Virus record (IMG/VR): IMGVR_UViG_3300013426_000020
Reading direction: 5' to 3' (one strand)
Source: a virus
Lineage: Duplodnaviria > Heunggongvirae > Uroviricota > Caudoviricetes
DNA length: 64,000 nt
Both the position numbers and the translations under genes were made by a program. The notes under the pieces were generated by a model, which worked only from the letters and a program-made list of their open reading frames with translations, did no database searches and had not been told where the DNA came from. Numbering within the stretch: position 1 is the first letter of the stretch; each line of letters starts with the position of its first letter. Shown in pieces: positions 29,127-38,786 of this stretch.

Positions 29127-29629
29127 TGTTCCTTGACATAGACGGTGTTCTCAACTACACTAAATGGTATATTGATGACAGGAATCCCGGAAATCTTTAT
29201 GGACAGGAAGGCGACATAGACCCATTGTGCATAGAAAGGGTGATGAAAATCTGCAATCTCACAAATGCGAAAGTTGTCGTGTCGTCGGACTGGAGAATAG
29301 ACTGGGAAGGAACAAAAAAGAGACTTTCAAGAATGGGTCTGGATGAAAACTATGTGATTGACAAGACTCCGGAATTCATCTGGAACAATCTGAATGATCC
29401 GGAATATCTTGAGGATGACTATGATACTGTATATGAATATACCAGAGGTGCAGAGATAGACGAATGGCTGAAACATAATGAAGTTGAAAATTATGTGATC
29501 CTCGACGACAGGACAGACTTCACAAAGGAACAGTATGGGCATTTCATCCATATTGATCCTTATGAGGGACTGACTGACAAGGATGTTGAACGGGCAATAA
29601 AGATATTGAATTATGACAATTGCGGTTGA
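29117..29629 (+). CDS. HAD-superfamily phosphatase
   Basis: Motif I VFLDIDGVLN. Confidence 0.5.
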   Translation: MRVVFLDIDGVLNYTKWYIDDRNPGNLYGQEGDIDPLCIERVMKICNLTNAKVVVSSDWRIDWEGTKKRLSRMGLDENYVIDKTPEFIWNNLNDPEYLEDDYDTVYEYTRGAEIDEWLKHNEVENYVILDDRTDFTKEQYGHFIHIDPYEGLTDKDVERAIKILNYDNCG

Positions 29630-29990
29630 TTTTGACGGGACGGTAGTAACACATGAATATCCCAGAACAGGAAAGGACATAGGTGCCGTGCCGGTATTGA
29701 AGAAGATGTCTGATGATGGACACAAGATTGTACTCAACACCATGAGATCAGGTCAGGAACTGATGAATGCCATGAACTGGTTCTATGACAACAATATACC
29801 GTTATATGGTGTCAATCATACTCCAGGACAGGAGAAATGGACAAGATCACCCAAGGTCTATGCACATCTCTATATAGATGACTGTGCTCTGGGCTGTCCA
29901 GTATTGACGGACGAAAACGGAAAGAAATATGTGGACTGGAGAAAGGTGTCAGAAATTATGGGTTATGATTATGATGAACTTATAAAATAA
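29613..29990 (+). CDS. HAD-like phosphatase (second, adjacent)
   Basis: Motif I IAVDFDGTVV. Confidence 0.45.
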   Translation: MTIAVDFDGTVVTHEYPRTGKDIGAVPVLKKMSDDGHKIVLNTMRSGQELMNAMNWFYDNNIPLYGVNHTPGQEKWTRSPKVYAHLYIDDCALGCPVLTDENGKKYVDWRKVSEIMGYDYDELIK

Positions 29991-30000
29991 AAAATACATT

Positions 30001-30408
30001 ATGAAAAAGATATTAAAATTCAATGACTTTGTGAATGAATCGTTGAATGTTGATGCAAGAACAAACATTTACAACATATTCTTCATTATGTTGAGGATCA
30101 TCGACAGGAAGGAGTCAAGATATCATCTCACCGGTGGTCCAATGATTGATGAAGACAGACTTCCGGATGAGGATGATCTCCAGTTGTGGATGGACTATGC
30201 AGATTCAGAAAGCAATGATGGAAGCATAAGGTTCAAAGTCATGAACATCGGAGAAGAAGACATGAATGAAATCAGGGAGAAGTATCTTGACTATATTCCG
30301 GGGGTGGAATATGACGATGACGACTATTCAATGTTCTCTGTTATGGTCAACAGTTTCATCAGGAACTATGATGACATAAGGGACTGTTTCGACTGGATGA
30401 CTTTGTAA
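30001..30408 (+). CDS. acidic hypothetical protein
   Basis: 135-aa ORF. Confidence 0.5.
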   Translation: MKKILKFNDFVNESLNVDARTNIYNIFFIMLRIIDRKESRYHLTGGPMIDEDRLPDEDDLQLWMDYADSESNDGSIRFKVMNIGEEDMNEIREKYLDYIPGVEYDDDDYSMFSVMVNSFIRNYDDIRDCFDWMTL

Positions 30409-30457
30409 TGAAGTTCACAGAAATCAAAAAAAAAATCTTCAAATTCTTGACAAAAGA

Positions 30458-30489
30458 TTTGGAGATTTCATTTTTTTGTCGTATCTTTG
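30458..30489 (+). promoter_or_regulatory. class A promoter
   Basis: TTTG at 30458, 20 nt, TATCTTTG at 30482. Confidence 0.5.
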
Positions 30490-30515
30490 TGTCAGGAAAT
30501 AAAACAAGAGACATT

Positions 30516-30686
30516 ATGAAAGCAAAGGAACTTGCCGAAAGGCTTATGGAACATCCGGACTTTGAAGTCGAATTCAGATGGTTTGACTGTTTTGAAGGAG
30601 GATGCAGAACATTTACTGATATAGGGATAGATGACATAGGATATTCCGATAAGGTGATAGTGCTTGACGGGGAACTTGAACAATAA
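30516..30686 (+). CDS. small hypothetical protein
   Basis: ATG at the end of the conserved leader; internal start of ORF 30408..30686. Confidence 0.4.
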   Translation: MKAKELAERLMEHPDFEVEFRWFDCFEGGCRTFTDIGIDDIGYSDKVIVLDGELEQ

Positions 30687-30704
30687 CAATAAAAATACAA
30701 AATC

Positions 30705-30947
30705 ATGGGATCATCAAAGAAACAGATTATATCGTCCATAAGAAAGACGATGACAGAAATGGAAGGAATTGAAATCAAGGGTATGGAGATAGACGGGGAG
30801 AAGATAGGAGGACTTGTCATGGATGAAGGAGAACCTGGCCTGACGAATACGGACGGTAACTGGTTCTTCCCTCTGGAAGAACTGACAGTCAATGAACTGA
30901 AGACAGTCAAGACCATGCTGAACAAAGTGAAGGAACTCGGTTTATAA
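30705..30947 (+). CDS. hypothetical protein
   Basis: 80-aa ORF. Confidence 0.45.
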   Translation: MGSSKKQIISSIRKTMTEMEGIEIKGMEIDGEKIGGLVMDEGEPGLTNTDGNWFFPLEELTVNELKTVKTMLNKVKELGL

Positions 30948-30962
30948 AGATATAAAAAAATT

Positions 30963-31148
30963 ATGGAAGACAAGAAATTGTTTATTGAAGTCTACAACAG
31001 ACTGAAATCACAGTACAAAAGACTGGACATGTCAGGTACACTGGTATACTGGGATGGAGAAGCGATGTTCAACATCGAGGGATACAATCTGGGATACAAC
31101 ATCTACAGACTGGGCAAACTTCTCAATGACAAGGGTGAATTCGAATAG
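30963..31148 (+). CDS. hypothetical protein
   Basis: 61-aa ORF. Confidence 0.4.
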   Translation: MEDKKLFIEVYNRLKSQYKRLDMSGTLVYWDGEAMFNIEGYNLGYNIYRLGKLLNDKGEFE

Positions 31149-31150
31149 AT

Positions 31151-31369
31151 ATGAAAAAGATAATAAAACTGAATCTTGAAGGAGAAGATATAAGATATCT
31201 CAATCCGTCATGCATAAAGGAAGTGAAGAAGAACAAATCAAAATACAACAATGATATTTGCGTCACACTTGTTTTACAAGATGACAACATCATCACCAGA
31301 TTATATGATAATAACAAGGATGCAGACATGTTTGTCGATTATGTCATCGAATGCATAGAAAGTTCATAA
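31151..31369 (+). CDS. hypothetical protein
   Basis: 72-aa ORF. Confidence 0.4.
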   Translation: MKKIIKLNLEGEDIRYLNPSCIKEVKKNKSKYNNDICVTLVLQDDNIITRLYDNNKDADMFVDYVIECIESS

Positions 31370-31372
31370 GAT

Positions 31373-31597
31373 ATGGAGACGATACGGATACTTGAAGAAA
31401 ATGGATGCACAAGAGTGTTCAATCCCATATATGTGAAGGACATTGGGCTGATACCTCCGGATGCAAATGACATCTACTGGACTGTGTTGCTGAACTTCAA
31501 TGACGGTGGGACAGTCGTAAGACAGTTTCCGTCAAGGGACAAGGCCGAAGTCTTCTTCAGGTATGCAGACAAGTGTGTAAAGTCAATAGGAAAATAA
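31373..31597 (+). CDS. hypothetical protein
   Basis: 74-aa ORF. Confidence 0.4.
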   Translation: METIRILEENGCTRVFNPIYVKDIGLIPPDANDIYWTVLLNFNDGGTVVRQFPSRDKAEVFFRYADKCVKSIGK

Positions 31598-31604
31598 AAA
31601 AGAA

Positions 31605-32414
31605 ATGAAAGGATTTTTGAAGATTTTTATGGTCATTATGACCGCAATGATAATTTCTTCCTGTTATTCCGTGACTCCGGGAGCGGGGGAAGAAGGAATT
31701 TTGATAGACAAACCGTTGTTGTTCGGTCATGGTGGAGTAAGGGAGAAGACCGTGGAACCCGGCAGGAAATGGGTATGGTTCACCACCGAATATGTAATCA
31801 TCAAAACGGTTCCGGTGAGATATGACATAGAATTTGATGACATAATGTCGAATGACAACACCCCATTGGACTATGCGACATACATAACCTTACAGATAGA
31901 CAAGGGAAAGGCACCTATGCTTCTACAGAACTATGGAGAAGACTGGTTCTCCAATAATGTTGAGGCAAAATACAGGAACTTTGTGAGAGAGGAAGTGTCA
32001 AAGTATGATCCATTTGACCTGATGTCCAACAGGGAGGTGATAACTGATATCGACAGACAGGTGAAGAAAAAAATTGACACATATTTCGGTGAACTGAACT
32101 CAAAGTCTGAGTTTCCCGTGACATGTACAGAAATCATCACCGGCAGGGCAAAACCGAATCAGCTCCAGCTCGACGAGATGAACAAGACTGCGGCAGCTAT
32201 TCAGGCGAAGCAGACTCAAGAAAGGACAGTGGAGATGGAGCAGGCCAGAGAGAAGGCGGAACGACAAAGGGCACTTGCAGACAAGGCATATATGAAAGAG
32301 ATGAACCTGTCACAGGATCAGTTCATCATGCTGAAGATTGTAGAGAAATCAAATCCGAACATCGATGTGGTAATGGGTGGAAGTGCAAGCTCGATGTGGA
32401 ACATAAGAAGATAA
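31605..32414 (+). CDS. lipoprotein, possible SPFH/band-7-like domain
   Basis: Signal plus Cys (MKGFLKIFMVIMTAMIISSC); C-terminal coiled-coil ERTVEMEQAREKAERQRALADKAY. Confidence 0.35.
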   Translation: MKGFLKIFMVIMTAMIISSCYSVTPGAGEEGILIDKPLLFGHGGVREKTVEPGRKWVWFTTEYVIIKTVPVRYDIEFDDIMSNDNTPLDYATYITLQIDKGKAPMLLQNYGEDWFSNNVEAKYRNFVREEVSKYDPFDLMSNREVITDIDRQVKKKIDTYFGELNSKSEFPVTCTEIITGRAKPNQLQLDEMNKTAAAIQAKQTQERTVEMEQAREKAERQRALADKAYMKEMNLSQDQFIMLKIVEKSNPNIDVVMGGSASSMWNIRR

Positions 32415-32489
32415 TCATGACTCTTGAATGTAGAAATCCTCAACGGATAGGTGAGATCCTGAAAGAAATCATGGACAATTTGAAACCAG

Positions 32490-32756
32490 ATGACTATGTG
32501 CAGGATAAGGATAAGACACTATTATGATCCAGAACTGAAAAGGACTGTCATTGACGGAAGATATACATGCGACATATATGAGGAAGTCAATGGACATGTG
32601 ATGAAACTGAAGACCGTTATCGACAAGGACTATAAAAAGCTGATGAGATTTGTCCATAGAGAAATTGTGTATCTTGATCATGAAAGACATGATTTATCAC
32701 TATGGGGATATATGAAATGGATTTATAAATATAAGAGATTATGTTTGAAAGGATAA
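32490..32756 (+). CDS. hypothetical protein
   Basis: 88-aa ORF. Confidence 0.4.
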   Translation: MTMCRIRIRHYYDPELKRTVIDGRYTCDIYEEVNGHVMKLKTVIDKDYKKLMRFVHREIVYLDHERHDLSLWGYMKWIYKYKRLCLKG

Positions 32757-33049
32757 GGGAAACTCTGATCATATTGGGGAGACTGATTATGGTTATGATT
32801 GTATTCGTGCCTGCCGTTATGTTGATGATTTTCGGTGGAATAGGTGTGGTGATAGTATCCGGAATCATAGCCACTATCAGTACTCCATGTCTGATAGTTG
32901 AGTCTGCGGCTATGTACATCAAATGGCTGATGACTGGAAGGACATGGTCGGATATGGTGATGATCAGATATAACTGCAAGATGTGGTCATTGGTACCATG
33001 GACAGTCTGGTTTGAACTTGTCAATGGAACTATTGACAAGGTACTGTGA
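32741..33049 (+). CDS. membrane protein
   Basis: 102 aa with two or three transmembrane segments. Confidence 0.45.
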   Translation: MFERIRETLIILGRLIMVMIVFVPAVMLMIFGGIGVVIVSGIIATISTPCLIVESAAMYIKWLMTGRTWSDMVMIRYNCKMWSLVPWTVWFELVNGTIDKVL

Positions 33050-33147
33050 AAACTTTGTTATATTTATTGTGAATGCAGGAAGAACCTGCGCATAATGTTG
33101 TTTGTTTTGATTTTTTGACACCATTGGTTTGACGGGCGGGTGTCGTG

Positions 33148-33189
33148 CGGAGAGAATGTCGTGATGATATTCTCTCCGTTTTTTTTTTG
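33148..33189 (+). terminator. Rho-independent terminator
   Basis: Hairpin cggagagaat...attctctccg followed by T11. Confidence 0.6.
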
Positions 33190-33207
33190 AAAAAAGTTTG
33201 ATTTTTG

Positions 33208-33239
33208 TTTGGAAGTTTGAAATAATTATCTTATCTTTG
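33208..33239 (+). promoter_or_regulatory. class A promoter
   Basis: TTTG at 33208, 20 nt, TATCTTTG at 33232. Confidence 0.5.
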
Positions 33240-33265
33240 TATCAACAAATAAAGGCAATGACATT

Positions 33266-33490
33266 ATGAAGAAAGTAATTTATCTCAAGTCTTTTGAAGA
33301 CGGAAGAGTGATAAAGAGAGAAAAGACCTGCAAGGACTTTGTTGATCTTGCAAGGACATTTGATGAATGTGTAGGAAGTTTCAGGGACTTCTGTGAAAAA
33401 TATGGAGACTTTCAGGAAGATGACCTTTGTTATGTCGAAGGACATGCATTGGGAATGAACTTTAAGGTGATGGTTATTGAAGAAAAATAA
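33266..33490 (+). CDS. hypothetical protein
   Basis: 74-aa ORF. Confidence 0.45.
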   Translation: MKKVIYLKSFEDGRVIKREKTCKDFVDLARTFDECVGSFRDFCEKYGDFQEDDLCYVEGHALGMNFKVMVIEEK

Positions 33491-33496
33491 AACATT

Positions 33497-34144
33497 ATGG
33501 CGGCAATAGACTCATGTTTCATAGACAACTGGAAGGACTACTGTGATCTCAGGGACTTTCTCAAGGGAAAGAAGTTCAAAACCCCGAGAGGAGTGGAGAT
33601 TGATCTTTCATATCTTGTGTATGACTGCTGGAAAGAGGATGACTTCAAGGACGAGAATGGAAATCCGCAGGAGAGAAAGGTGTTCAATTCTCCAGTATAT
33701 ATAGACAACTGGCTTTATCACAACTGCAATCTTCCATGCATACAGGAATGGCTGAAGTCCAGATATCTGGAAGGTGGATACTGCAAGGGTTGTCCGGAGG
33801 ACATCACCGAAGACTTGAAGATACCAGAATATGAACCATGCATGAAGGTGAAGGTCATAAGAAAAGGACTGACGCGGCACGGATATGGATTCTGGAGTAT
33901 GGATGTTTCTATGCCTGATACGGATTATCCGGAATACAGGAACTATCTGCATTACAATGAGAATCATGACTTCTGGGTGCTTCCTTATGAAAATGATGTA
34001 TGGACAATCTCCGGTCCATTCCTGCGGATTTCTGTGCGGGCGATCATAAGAAAGATACTGAAGAAATGGAAACTCCCGAAAGGATGCAAGATTGAATTGC
34101 AGGGGAGATACATGGGAGACGAATGGATACTGGAAACAAGATAA
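33497..34144 (+). CDS. Cys-rich hypothetical protein
   Basis: 215-aa ORF with many Cys residues. Confidence 0.5.
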   Translation: MAAIDSCFIDNWKDYCDLRDFLKGKKFKTPRGVEIDLSYLVYDCWKEDDFKDENGNPQERKVFNSPVYIDNWLYHNCNLPCIQEWLKSRYLEGGYCKGCPEDITEDLKIPEYEPCMKVKVIRKGLTRHGYGFWSMDVSMPDTDYPEYRNYLHYNENHDFWVLPYENDVWTISGPFLRISVRAIIRKILKKWKLPKGCKIELQGRYMGDEWILETR

Positions 34145-34168
34145 AATCAAAAAAAAAACATCAATAAA

Positions 34169-34906
34169 ATGAAAAAGTTTATTACATTTATTTTTATTAT
34201 GGTGACTGGACTCACAATGATGTCCTGTCATAAGATGAAAAACCCTGTAGAATGTACTATTGTCAAATTCAGTTACAGGATGGTAGAAAGCAATTCAATG
34301 GTGAAATCATCAAGCGACAATGAAATTGTGGAATTCATCAACAGTCTTCTTCCGGAGAAGATTACCGTCACACTCAAGTCATTGACAGATGGAAACAGTT
34401 ATACCTGTGAAACTGGCAAAACTGTGACACTTCCTGTGGGAGAATATAGTGTACAATATGAAGAAAAAGGAAACCAATATATATCTTCAACACCTATGTT
34501 CAAAATAAAACAGAACATCACTATTTCAAAAGATATTTCAAATTATGATCTTGATGCAATATATACATGTTGTGGGATAATTTATGATATGAAAGAAGTG
34601 AAATCAGCATCAATACATTATATAAATGATTCATCCCACAGTTATACTTGTAGTGGAAAGATTTTTGGAACAAATGAAAATATATTTTTTTATAAACCTG
34701 AAACACGCACATATGTTCTAGAACTTACAGTATATCCTGATGATCCAGATTTTGTATCAACCAAAATTGTACTCACATCAACATACAATAAGGAAAATTT
34801 GTTTATAGAAACTGGAAAATACTATTATGTCCATCCTAATACTGTCACAAAAACTGACAATACCATCAACATAAAGTATCCAGAATGGGAGAAAGGTATA
34901 ATCTAA
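34169..34906 (+). CDS. lipoprotein
   Basis: MKKFITFIFIMVTGLTMMSC signal plus Cys. Confidence 0.55.
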   Translation: MKKFITFIFIMVTGLTMMSCHKMKNPVECTIVKFSYRMVESNSMVKSSSDNEIVEFINSLLPEKITVTLKSLTDGNSYTCETGKTVTLPVGEYSVQYEEKGNQYISSTPMFKIKQNITISKDISNYDLDAIYTCCGIIYDMKEVKSASIHYINDSSHSYTCSGKIFGTNENIFFYKPETRTYVLELTVYPDDPDFVSTKIVLTSTYNKENLFIETGKYYYVHPNTVTKTDNTINIKYPEWEKGII

Positions 34907-34918
34907 ACTGAAATTATT

Positions 34919-35293
34919 ATGAAATTCAATGTTTTCGAGTATGCGGCAAAAGAGGAAAGACTCTTTGAGGTCAATGTTGAACAGACAGGTTATAAAAGAC
35001 TTACGACCTTCTATTCGGACTTGTCCATAGCGGAATGGTATAATCCAGATTCAATCAAGAAGACTTATGAAACAGTCTGCAAGGAATGGATCAATGACTA
35101 CAAGTATTTCACTGAATTCGTGATGTGCCTCAATCTCAAGGCATGGGAACATGATGCAAGGGGAAACAACAATCTGTCAAGTCTTTATTCAGATCTCTAT
35201 TATCAGGCAATGGACTTGTTCTATGACCACTATAAGGGAAATGATAAGACAGACAAGGAAGCAAGGGACTATTTTTTCAACACAACGGACTAA
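34919..35293 (+). CDS. hypothetical protein
   Basis: 124-aa ORF. Confidence 0.5.
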   Translation: MKFNVFEYAAKEERLFEVNVEQTGYKRLTTFYSDLSIAEWYNPDSIKKTYETVCKEWINDYKYFTEFVMCLNLKAWEHDARGNNNLSSLYSDLYYQAMDLFYDHYKGNDKTDKEARDYFFNTTD

Positions 35294-35305
35294 ATAAAAA
35301 TCATT

Positions 35306-35713
35306 ATGCAGAAATTCAACGGGAACTATCACAAGATGAGAATGATTGACGAGAAGTTCATCGTCAATGAAAAACAGGGAATTGTCGTATGCATGCAGAA
35401 ATATGAAACAGGATACATATACAACCAGAAAATCAGTGCGGTTAACTATGAAATTGACAGGAAATCTTTCACTGTAACTGGAATTGCCAGATGTTCAGAA
35501 GACGACAAATTCGACAAGAAGACTGGAATGATGATTGCGCAGACGAAAGCGAACATCAAGGCATATAAAAAATACGAGAAATGGGCAAGAACAGTCTTCA
35601 TTGAAATCAAGAAGCTTATGGAGACCATCACCAACACGGTTTTCGTGGCGGAGGACTTCGGTAAACATGAACGGGAAAAGATTGATAAACTTTCTGAAAG
35701 TTCAGTCGAATAG
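35306..35713 (+). CDS. hypothetical protein
   Basis: 135-aa ORF. Confidence 0.5.
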   Translation: MQKFNGNYHKMRMIDEKFIVNEKQGIVVCMQKYETGYIYNQKISAVNYEIDRKSFTVTGIARCSEDDKFDKKTGMMIAQTKANIKAYKKYEKWARTVFIEIKKLMETITNTVFVAEDFGKHEREKIDKLSESSVE

Positions 35714-35773
35714 ACCATCAAAATTCAAATCATAATCATATTTCCGGAACATTTAAATTCTTTCAAAAAAAGA

Positions 35774-35805
35774 TTTGGATGTTTCGGTTTTTTGTTGTAT
35801 CTTTG
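35774..35805 (+). promoter_or_regulatory. class A promoter
   Basis: TTTG at 35774, 20 nt, TATCTTTG at 35798. Confidence 0.5.
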
Positions 35806-35828
35806 TATCAAGAAAACAAATACAAGTT

Positions 35829-36233
35829 ATGAAAAGGTTGTTTGTTATATTTTTTATATTGTGTTTTCCTTTAATCATGAATTCAAAGGAAATATCAAGA
35901 AATCCGGACACTGGTCTGATATTGACAGAAAATGCAGGGATCTATTCATTGAAGTCATCCACTGGGGTGATGGTGCTGGGAGATCTCAAGGAGTCAAGAG
36001 ACATAATGAACACAATGAATGTCTGTTTCATGAAAGAGAAGATATCTGAAGTGATCAGTTGCGGTGAACAGAAATACAAGGTGAAGAAGGACGATGATGG
36101 GATGTATATAATGAGAGTAGGTCTGGGTGCAGTGAAAGTGAGAGCAACGGACTCCGCATTGTTCTTCACTGTTCTTGAAGGGAAGATAATGAAAGACAAG
36201 GGAGAGAAGATATGGAAAGTTATAAAGGAATAG
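35829..36233 (+). CDS. secreted protein
   Basis: Signal peptide MKRLFVIFFILCFPLIMNS. Internal ATG of ORF 35775..36233. Confidence 0.5.
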   Translation: MKRLFVIFFILCFPLIMNSKEISRNPDTGLILTENAGIYSLKSSTGVMVLGDLKESRDIMNTMNVCFMKEKISEVISCGEQKYKVKKDDDGMYIMRVGLGAVKVRATDSALFFTVLEGKIMKDKGEKIWKVIKE

Positions 36234-36235
36234 AT

Positions 36236-36877
36236 ATGAATTTTATGAAAAAGAAAATCATTTATATAGTCTGCGGAATAGTCGCAGGAATAGTTCTGGC
36301 AGTAGGAATCAGTTATATGGTTATGGAGAACAGAAACCATACGCTTGATGTATACAGACAGAGACTGGAACTGAAGTATTACGGCACGAAGGACACACTG
36401 GTGTCTGCCGTAGATGGATACATCCAGAAGATTGCACCCGGAAGTTGTCTCAATGGACTGACCGTAGTAAATGAATGTGAGAAACATGAAATCGACCTGC
36501 CGTTCGTTCTCGCACAAGGAAAGGTGGAGTCTCATTTCGGGACAAAGGGGATAGCCGGGAAGACACACAGTGTGTTCAATGTGTATTCATATGACGGGAA
36601 GTCTGCGGAAGAGATAAGGAGTGCAGGACATGCATACAATCATCCAGACGAGTCGGTTGAACCTTATATAAAACTGTTGAAGAAACATTATCTCAATGAT
36701 GGAAAGACCGAGATGGATCTTCTTGACAAATATGTGAATAGTGAAGGAAAGAGATATGCGACTGACAAGAATTACGAGAGCAAGCTCATCTCCACATACA
36801 GGGACATACATGACTCGACATCAATAGACGAGCTGTGGGAACAGCTTATGAAATACAAGATGCTGGCGAAGAAATAA
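36236..36877 (+). CDS. endolysin, GH73 N-acetylglucosaminidase domain with N-terminal TM anchor
   Basis: N-terminal transmembrane segment IIYIVCGIVAGIVLAVGISYMV. GH73-like LAQGKVESHFGTKG and YATDKNYESKL. Confidence 0.55.
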   Translation: MNFMKKKIIYIVCGIVAGIVLAVGISYMVMENRNHTLDVYRQRLELKYYGTKDTLVSAVDGYIQKIAPGSCLNGLTVVNECEKHEIDLPFVLAQGKVESHFGTKGIAGKTHSVFNVYSYDGKSAEEIRSAGHAYNHPDESVEPYIKLLKKHYLNDGKTEMDLLDKYVNSEGKRYATDKNYESKLISTYRDIHDSTSIDELWEQLMKYKMLAKK

Positions 36878-36883
36878 AGGGAT

Positions 36884-37072
36884 ATGGACAGAACTTTGGC
36901 AGGACTTTATACACTGATTGTACTCATAGTGATAATAGCGATTGGTCTCCTTATTACATGGACAGGAAAAAGATATGGACAGAAACTTGTGGACAGAAAG
37001 ATAATTACTGTTGAGGAATTTTATGAAGTCGGATATATAGGTTGGTTTTTTATAATGATTTTCGGGATATGA
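36884..37072 (+). CDS. small membrane protein (holin/spanin candidate)
   Basis: 62 aa with two transmembrane segments; sits in the lysis cluster. Confidence 0.4.
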   Translation: MDRTLAGLYTLIVLIVIIAIGLLITWTGKRYGQKLVDRKIITVEEFYEVGYIGWFFIMIFGI

Positions 37073-37293
37073 AGAAGATTTTGATCTCATTACTCGCACT
37101 GGTTTCACTGGTGGGATGCAAGACTACGTATTACATGTACTATGAGGTGGAGAGTCCAGAGGATGCCACATGTGTCTCCAGAATCGACGGAAATCTGGTG
37201 AGAAACAGGAAGTCTCCAACCAGATGTATGCAGAGTTATGTTGACTCGACCGGTCATAGAGTCTATCTTATGGAGACAAAAATGAAGGAATAA
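37042..37293 (+). CDS. lipoprotein (o-spanin-like candidate)
   Basis: MKKILISLLALVSLVGC. Confidence 0.4.
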   Translation: MVFYNDFRDMKKILISLLALVSLVGCKTTYYMYYEVESPEDATCVSRIDGNLVRNRKSPTRCMQSYVDSTGHRVYLMETKMKE

Positions 37294-37333
37294 TTTTTTT
37301 GTTATATTTTATTGAAATAAAGGTGAAAAAGAT

Positions 37334-37495
37334 ATGAAGAAGTTTTTTGTTTTGATGATTGCAGGTATGTTTCTGCTGTCATCTTGCGGAACACGAACCG
37401 CAAAGAAATCAGATGAGACTGTAAAGGACACGACAGAGACAGTTTCTGTGGACAGTACTACAGTTGTGGTTGAGGACACAGTAGTTCTTGAGTAG
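37334..37495 (+). CDS. small lipoprotein (not in ORF track, 53 aa)
   Basis: MKKFFVLMIAGMFLLSSC; hand-translated. Confidence 0.35.
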   Translation: MKKFFVLMIAGMFLLSSCGTRTAKKSDETVKDTTETVSVDSTTVVVEDTVVLE

Positions 37496-37497
37496 TT

Positions 37498-37707
37498 ATG
37501 GAGAACTGGATACAATTCATACTTGTACTGGTCATATCGGTATGTCTGACATTCTTCTGGGCATGGATTATCATGCTCCTGTGGAACATACTGATGCCTA
37601 TGATATTCGGACTTCCGGTATTGACTTACTGGCAGGTTCTTGGTTTGAAAGTTCTGATTGATCTTTTGATTAGGTCATCTGTATCGTTCAAGGACTTGAA
37701 AAGGTAA
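37498..37707 (+). CDS. small membrane protein (holin candidate)
   Basis: 69 aa with two transmembrane segments. Confidence 0.4.
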   Translation: MENWIQFILVLVISVCLTFFWAWIIMLLWNILMPMIFGLPVLTYWQVLGLKVLIDLLIRSSVSFKDLKR

Positions 37708-37790
37708 TGGTCGTTTTTTGACGGTGCGATTGACGTATTGTTCATTTTAGTTGTTTTTATTGTTGAAACCATCAAATTTTTTCAAAAAAG

Positions 37791-37823
37791 TTTGGTGGTT
37801 TCATTTTTTTTGGTGTATCTTTG
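37791..37823 (+). promoter_or_regulatory. class A promoter
   Basis: TTTG at 37791, 21 nt, TATCTTTG at 37816. Confidence 0.45.
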
Positions 37824-37878
37824 CAATGTGGTTAGGATAATCACAAGGCAACATGTCAGCCTATATGAATGACACAAT

Positions 37879-38100
37879 ATGATTTATATCATGAAAAACA
37901 GGATTTCAATTTTTGACTTCAGTTTTATGCCTGCGGGATTCGGACACTACAAGGTAACATACACCAGTCCGGTGACATTTAAGAAATGGACATGTGTCAC
38001 ACCAAATATGATGCTGATAGATGCAACCAAGAATGCAGACAGTCCAAAGGTGAAGGATCTCAATGAGTTGAAGAGGATCTGCAAAAATTCACTCAAATAA
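37879..38100 (+). CDS. hypothetical protein
   Basis: 73-aa ORF. Confidence 0.4.
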   Translation: MIYIMKNRISIFDFSFMPAGFGHYKVTYTSPVTFKKWTCVTPNMMLIDATKNADSPKVKDLNELKRICKNSLK

Positions 38101-38114
38101 AAATGATACAAAGA

Positions 38115-38146
38115 TTTGGATAATTCAATTTTTATCCTTATCTTTG
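38115..38146 (+). promoter_or_regulatory. class A promoter, 'ggataattcaatttttatcc' subfamily (copy 1 of 3 tandem cassettes)
   Basis: TTTG at 38115, 20 nt, TATCTTTG at 38139. Confidence 0.5.
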
Positions 38147-38193
38147 TATCAAGAAATAAAAACAAAGTCAAACAATAAAAAAACACACAGATT

Positions 38194-38520
38194 ATGAAAG
38201 CGATTGAAATCAAGCACAATTCTTCAGTCTATGGTACATCTTTCCATGGAAGTGAATTCAAGGCAACAGTCAATGAACTCAGGGAACTCTTTGGAGAAGA
38301 AGACTGCACAGGGGATGAATATGACAAGTCCCAGCATGACTGGGGAATTGAAGGGAAGATGGATGACGGAGAGACATACGAATTCTCGTTCTATGACTGG
38401 AAGGAATACAGGGAATATGGTGATGATGAAACAATCAGCTGGCACATAGGGGGAACAAACAAGGAACTGACGGAGGCGGTTCGTGTCAAGGTTGAGGAAA
38501 TGCTTGCAGGGATAAGATAA
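38194..38520 (+). CDS. hypothetical protein
   Basis: 108-aa ORF. Confidence 0.5.
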   Translation: MKAIEIKHNSSVYGTSFHGSEFKATVNELRELFGEEDCTGDEYDKSQHDWGIEGKMDDGETYEFSFYDWKEYREYGDDETISWHIGGTNKELTEAVRVKVEEMLAGIR

Positions 38521-38547
38521 AAAAATTTGAAAAAGTTGATGCAAAGG

Positions 38548-38579
38548 TTTGGATAATTCAATTTTTATCCTTATCTTTG
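38548..38579 (+). promoter_or_regulatory. class A promoter (copy 2)
   Basis: About 80 nt nearly identical to copy 1. Confidence 0.5.
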
Positions 38580-38605
38580 TATCAAGAAATAAAAACAACA
38601 AGATT

Positions 38606-38764
38606 ATGGACTACATCATTTTGACAAAGAACGAGTCGAACGGGACTCACACAATCAAGACATTCTCCGATGGGACAATCCCTTTCTATCATGATAGGGA
38701 TGAGGCCATAGCCGATATGGGAAAGGATGACAGGCTGTTCAAGATTGAGGAAGAATACTTATAA
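38606..38764 (+). CDS. small hypothetical protein (52 aa, not in track)
   Basis: ATG at the end of the leader; hand-translated MDYIILTKNESNG... Confidence 0.35.
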   Translation: MDYIILTKNESNGTHTIKTFSDGTIPFYHDRDEAIADMGKDDRLFKIEEEYL

Positions 38765-38786
38765 ACAACATAAAATAACTGTTAAT

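Noticed and set aside
30359-30973. 204-aa minus-strand ORF
   Set aside because: Low-complexity S/P-rich sequence that overlaps three + strand genes and a class A promoter.
33608-34231. 207-aa minus-strand ORF
   Set aside because: Completely antisense to the Cys-rich + gene 33497-34144. The + gene has a promoter/terminator context and the minus ORF has none.
35942-36568. 208-aa minus-strand ORF
   Set aside because: Antisense to the secreted protein and endolysin genes. The GH73 motifs validate the + frame.
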